DNA from: Clostridia bacterium
Lineage (GTDB): Bacteria; Bacillota; Clostridia; UMGS1883
DNA length: 64,000 bases
NCBI GenBank assembly: GCA_051866635.1
Contig: JBJDXJ010000049.1
Span: forward strand, 1-64,000
Reading direction: 5' to 3'
This document shows, piece after piece, positions 60,252 to 64,000 of this stretch. The notes beneath the pieces are model-generated. The model was not told where the DNA came from, made no database searches, and was given only the letters and a program-made list of their open reading frames with translations. The position numbers were made by a program, and so were the translations under genes. Each line of letters begins with the position of its first letter. Positions within the stretch are counted from its first letter, which is position 1.

Positions 60252-61961
60252 ATGGCTAAACGAAACGGGTTTTCACCTACGGCTTTGATGCTGACACTTT
60301 TCGTTTTTCTTTTCCCCGTTTTAATGTGCGGGTTTGATAAGAAAGCTATTGTGTTTGCCTCTCTTTTTGCATCTTTGTTGGTTTTGGGCTATGAATCGGT
60401 AAAAAAGGGCATTGTTGTTATAACAACGCCTTTTCTGCTTTTATTTCTTGTAAGCATTTATTCATTTATTTCTCTTTTTTATGTAACCGATAAGGGAAGC
60501 CAGTTTGCTTTAAGCTCCTTTTTCCTTTTATGCACGATAATGACCGTGATATCCTCATTGACAAAGTGGGATATGAAAGAGGAGCAGTTTAAAAATACAG
60601 GTGCAGAGCTTGTACATAAGGGTGCAACGGTGTTTTCTGTTTGTGTAATCTTCTGGCAGATTTTCATTGATTCAAAATTTATAAGCAAGCTGAATTTAGG
60701 GGGAGGAGCTCAAAGTGCAACAGGTTTAATCCTCCTTTCGGGGTTATGTGCGTGGGTTTATATGGCAAGAAAAGGCAGACGCGGTGTAGCCTTTCTTGTT
60801 TCCGCCCTTTTTTTGGTGTACGGCTTTGTTATGTCAAGAAGCCTTCTGTGCTACCTCATGGCAGGAATACTATTGTTAGTTACATCCCTTAATATGCGTC
60901 ACAAAAAGATGGAAGCACTTATGGCTCTGACCTTTTCCGTAATTTTAGGTGCTGTAAATATTGCGTATGCAATTTTACGGTTTGCAACAGGCAATGTGGA
61001 ATACAAAGGTGCAATTACAGGCATTGGTAAAATAATCGGTGTGGGAAGCGGCGGATATGATGCCATTATGGCAGTATTGGACAGCTCTGCCACTCTTACG
61101 CCGAACACCTTTTTATACTTGACGGAAGCCTTTGGCATAATAGGTATAATCATCTGTATTGTGGGAATATTTGCAGGCTTTGTATTTTGGAAAAACAAAA
61201 AGACTTTTTCAAGCCTTTTTGCTTTTCTCACAATTATTGTAATTCTTTTGTCAGATGTGAACACGTTTTTCGTGATTTTGCCCTTGCTATTGGCTTACTA
61301 CGGTGCAAGTTTACCTTTAAAAGGTGTTAAAATACAAAAATTTATGGGATTTATACCTGTTGTGTTAGCTTTCTTTTATGCCCTTTTGGTATTTTCAAGA
61401 ATACCATTTTCAATGGGGGAAAATGCATATGAAACAGGGAATTTTGAAAAGGGGGAGGAGTATTTCACCCTTTCGGCACGTCTTTCTCTTTTTGACTCTG
61501 AAGGCTGGGAAAAAGCATATGAATGTGTATTGGCTCAAAGTGAGAGTGGTGTGAAAAATACCTCCGCACAGATGAAATACCTTGAAAGAGCTTGGCAGTT
61601 CAATAAAAAGAATTACAATTACAGTAAACTTCATGCTGAGGCATGTACAAGGGAAGGAAATTATGAAGGTTCATTGACAGCATGGGAATACATTATTGCA
61701 AATTGCGATAATGAATATCTCTATCCCCAATATGCACAAAAGATTATGGATGTTATGGCAAATTCCTCCGATACTGTAAGGATTGAGGAATTGTATAACC
61801 GCATAGCCTATTACGCGGACAAGGCAGTGGACAGTGATATTAAGTTTGAAATTAACAACATCCTTGCAAAAAGTCAGTCATATTACATCGAAAGCCGTGA
61901 AAACGGTGAAATTTTAGGCGATATGTATCAGGATGATACATACCTTTCGGAGGAAAACTAA
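60252..61961 (+). CDS. Polytopic membrane protein with C-terminal TPR-like region (O-antigen ligase-like)
   Basis: About 12 TM segments, GVGSGGY...EAFGIIG, helical C-terminus. Confidence 0.55.
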   Translation: MAKRNGFSPTALMLTLFVFLFPVLMCGFDKKAIVFASLFASLLVLGYESVKKGIVVITTPFLLLFLVSIYSFISLFYVTDKGSQFALSSFFLLCTIMTVISSLTKWDMKEEQFKNTGAELVHKGATVFSVCVIFWQIFIDSKFISKLNLGGGAQSATGLILLSGLCAWVYMARKGRRGVAFLVSALFLVYGFVMSRSLLCYLMAGILLLVTSLNMRHKKMEALMALTFSVILGAVNIAYAILRFATGNVEYKGAITGIGKIIGVGSGGYDAIMAVLDSSATLTPNTFLYLTEAFGIIGIIICIVGIFAGFVFWKNKKTFSSLFAFLTIIVILLSDVNTFFVILPLLLAYYGASLPLKGVKIQKFMGFIPVVLAFFYALLVFSRIPFSMGENAYETGNFEKGEEYFTLSARLSLFDSEGWEKAYECVLAQSESGVKNTSAQMKYLERAWQFNKKNYNYSKLHAEACTREGNYEGSLTAWEYIIANCDNEYLYPQYAQKIMDVMANSSDTVRIEELYNRIAYYADKAVDSDIKFEINNILAKSQSYYIESRENGEILGDMYQDDTYLSEEN

Positions 61962-62413
61962 TGAAAGCTGTTGTTCAAAGAGTTAAAAGTGCATCTGTGC
62001 AGGTTGAAGGAAAAATTACAGGTGAAATTGGCGAGGGGCTTTTGGTCCTTTTCGGTGCAGAAGAGGGCGACAAAGACGAAGATTTGGAATATGTAATTAA
62101 AAAGACAATAGACCTTAGAATTTTTTCAGACGAAAATGGTAAAATGAATTTGTCCGTAAAGGATATTGACGGTGAAATTCTGGCGGTAAGCCAGTTCACT
62201 CTCCTTGCACAGATAAAGCAGGGTAACCGCCCGGGGTTTACGCTTGCAATGGAACCTGCACGGGCTCAAAAAATGTACGAAAAATACTGCAAGAAGTGTA
62301 GTGAGGCTCTTGGCAAAGAAACCCAAAAGGGTATTTTCGGTGCAGATATGCAAGTGAATTTGGTAAATGACGGTCCTGTTACAATAATTGTTGATTCCAG
62401 AAATAAAATTTAG
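61961..62413 (+). CDS. dtd: D-aminoacyl-tRNA deacylase
   Basis: MKAVVQRV, SQFTL and NDGPVT. Confidence 0.97.
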   Translation: MKAVVQRVKSASVQVEGKITGEIGEGLLVLFGAEEGDKDEDLEYVIKKTIDLRIFSDENGKMNLSVKDIDGEILAVSQFTLLAQIKQGNRPGFTLAMEPARAQKMYEKYCKKCSEALGKETQKGIFGADMQVNLVNDGPVTIIVDSRNKI

Positions 62414-62475
62414 CTTGAAAAAAGGCAGATTATGATATATAATACCATAATGCAATATACTGAAAGGATGATAAT

Positions 62476-63963
62476 ATGGCACAGCAGAATAATCCCAATC
62501 AGCAGAAAACACGTGAAGAAAAGCTGAACGAATTAAGACAAGCGGGCAGAGACCCTTATGAAGTTACAAAATATGACGTGACTCACTCAATGACATATAT
62601 AAAGGAACATTTTGACGAGCTTGAAGGCAAAACTGTTCGTGCGGCAGGCAGACTTATGGCTAAACGCCGTGCAGGCGGACTTATGTTTGCGGACGTAATG
62701 GACCGTGACGAAAAAATCCAGTTCTACTTAAAGCGTGACGAAATAGGCGAGGAAGAATTTAACCGTTTCAAGCTTGAAATTGATGTATGGGACGTTATCG
62801 GTGCAGAAGGCGTTGTGTTTAAAACAGTCGCAGGCGAAATTTCCATTAACGTAACAAGCTTCATTCTTCTTGCAAAGAATCTTTTCATCCCTGTAAAGGG
62901 CAACGAATATGTAAAGAACGAAGTCAGCGACCACGATATCCGTTACCGTCAGAGATATATGGACTTAATTGCAAACCCCTCTGTGCGTGAAACATTTAAA
63001 AAGAGAAGTGCAATTATACGTGAAATCAGAAATTATCTTGATGAAAGGGATTTCTTAGAGGTTGACACACCTGTATTAAACTCTATTTCAGGCGGTGCTA
63101 CAGCTCGTCCCTTTATAACACATCACAATGCACTTGATATTGATATGTATCTTCGTATTGCTACAGAATTGAACCTTAAAAGGCTTATCGTAGGCGGTCT
63201 TGAACGTGTTTACGAAATGGGCAGACAGTTCAGAAACGAAGGTATGGACTTAACTCATAACCCTGAATTTACAAGTATTGAAATTTATCAGGCTTATACA
63301 GACTTTGAAGGCATGATGGAATTGACGGAAGGTCTTGTGTCTACAGTTTGCGAAAAGGTAAACGGAAGCAAGAAGTTCACCTATAACGGCACAGAAATTG
63401 ACCTGACAGGTCCTTGGGCAAGAATGACAATGAAGGAAGCTGTTAAAAAATATTCCGGCATTGACTTTGACACAATCAACACAAAGGAAGAAGCAAGAGA
63501 TGCTTTAAAGGCGGCAGGTATCGAAGTTGAAGGCGATAAGTCAATCGGTGAAATGATAGCTCTTGCATTTGAAGAAAAGGCAGAAGAACATCTTACAGGT
63601 CCCATCTTTATTACAGAATATCCCGTTGAAGTATCTCCTCTTGCAAAGAGATGCCCCAAGAATAAGGCATTTACAGAACGCTTTGAAGTGTTCGTAATGG
63701 GTAAGGAATTGGGAAACGCATTCAGCGAACTTAATGACCCTGACGACCAGAAGGCAAGATTTGAAGAACAGGTTAAGGCACTTGAGGCAGGGGACGAAGA
63801 GGCAGGCATGATGGACGAAGATTATATCAATGCACTTCGTTACGGTATGCCTCCTACAGGCGGTGTAGGTATCGGTATTGACCGCTTGGTAATGTTTTTG
63901 ACAGACAATACATCAATCCGTGACGTAATTTTGTTCCCCACAATGAAGCCGTTGGAGAAATAA
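62476..63963 (+). CDS. lysS: Lysine--tRNA ligase (class II)
   Basis: [24 protein letters not shown] and [15 protein letters not shown]. Confidence 0.98.
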   Translation: MAQQNNPNQQKTREEKLNELRQAGRDPYEVTKYDVTHSMTYIKEHFDELEGKTVRAAGRLMAKRRAGGLMFADVMDRDEKIQFYLKRDEIGEEEFNRFKLEIDVWDVIGAEGVVFKTVAGEISINVTSFILLAKNLFIPVKGNEYVKNEVSDHDIRYRQRYMDLIANPSVRETFKKRSAIIREIRNYLDERDFLEVDTPVLNSISGGATARPFITHHNALDIDMYLRIATELNLKRLIVGGLERVYEMGRQFRNEGMDLTHNPEFTSIEIYQAYTDFEGMMELTEGLVSTVCEKVNGSKKFTYNGTEIDLTGPWARMTMKEAVKKYSGIDFDTINTKEEARDALKAAGIEVEGDKSIGEMIALAFEEKAEEHLTGPIFITEYPVEVSPLAKRCPKNKAFTERFEVFVMGKELGNAFSELNDPDDQKARFEEQVKALEAGDEEAGMMDEDYINALRYGMPPTGGVGIGIDRLVMFLTDNTSIRDVILFPTMKPLEK

Positions 63964-64000
63964 AAACCGTTGTTTTCAAGGGTTTACGGGTAATGATTTA

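Overview
A 64 kb chromosomal segment of a low-GC, spore-forming Firmicute of class Clostridia, probably a gut plant-polysaccharide degrader (lineage inferred from gene content only). Core content: sporulation genes (spoVFA/B, spoIIE, ytvI, ypeB, spoIID, spoIIQ-like M23, spoIIID, spoVAC/D), the rpmG-secE-nusG-rplKA-rplJL cluster with L1/L10 leaders, tRNA-Arg(CCG), tRNA-Trp, trxB, ogg, a Clp ATPase, dtd, lysS, a major S-layer protein and CAZymes (PL11, GH43, GH2, GH27). The strongest accessory signal is at 35.4-44.0 kb. An intact tyrosine recombinase is followed by a ~290 bp segment bounded by a perfect 27-bp inverted repeat that holds a consensus TTGACA-17-TATAAT promoter, currently facing backwards (OFF). 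Next come a ~700 nt leader with two copies of an unclassified ~140 nt structured element, a 1739-aa surface protein with a PI-PLC-like domain, an unannotated type I toxin-antitoxin pair and DinJ-YafQ, all bracketed by inverted copies of a repeat element. Also notable: a symmetric GTGAAAT/ATTTCAC hairpin-ladder element fused to the 3' ends of both tRNAs, a 214-bp att-duplicated mini-insert in tRNA-Trp, and a ~230-bp MITE-like element present twice. No searches or folding programs were run; all calls come from reading motifs by eye.
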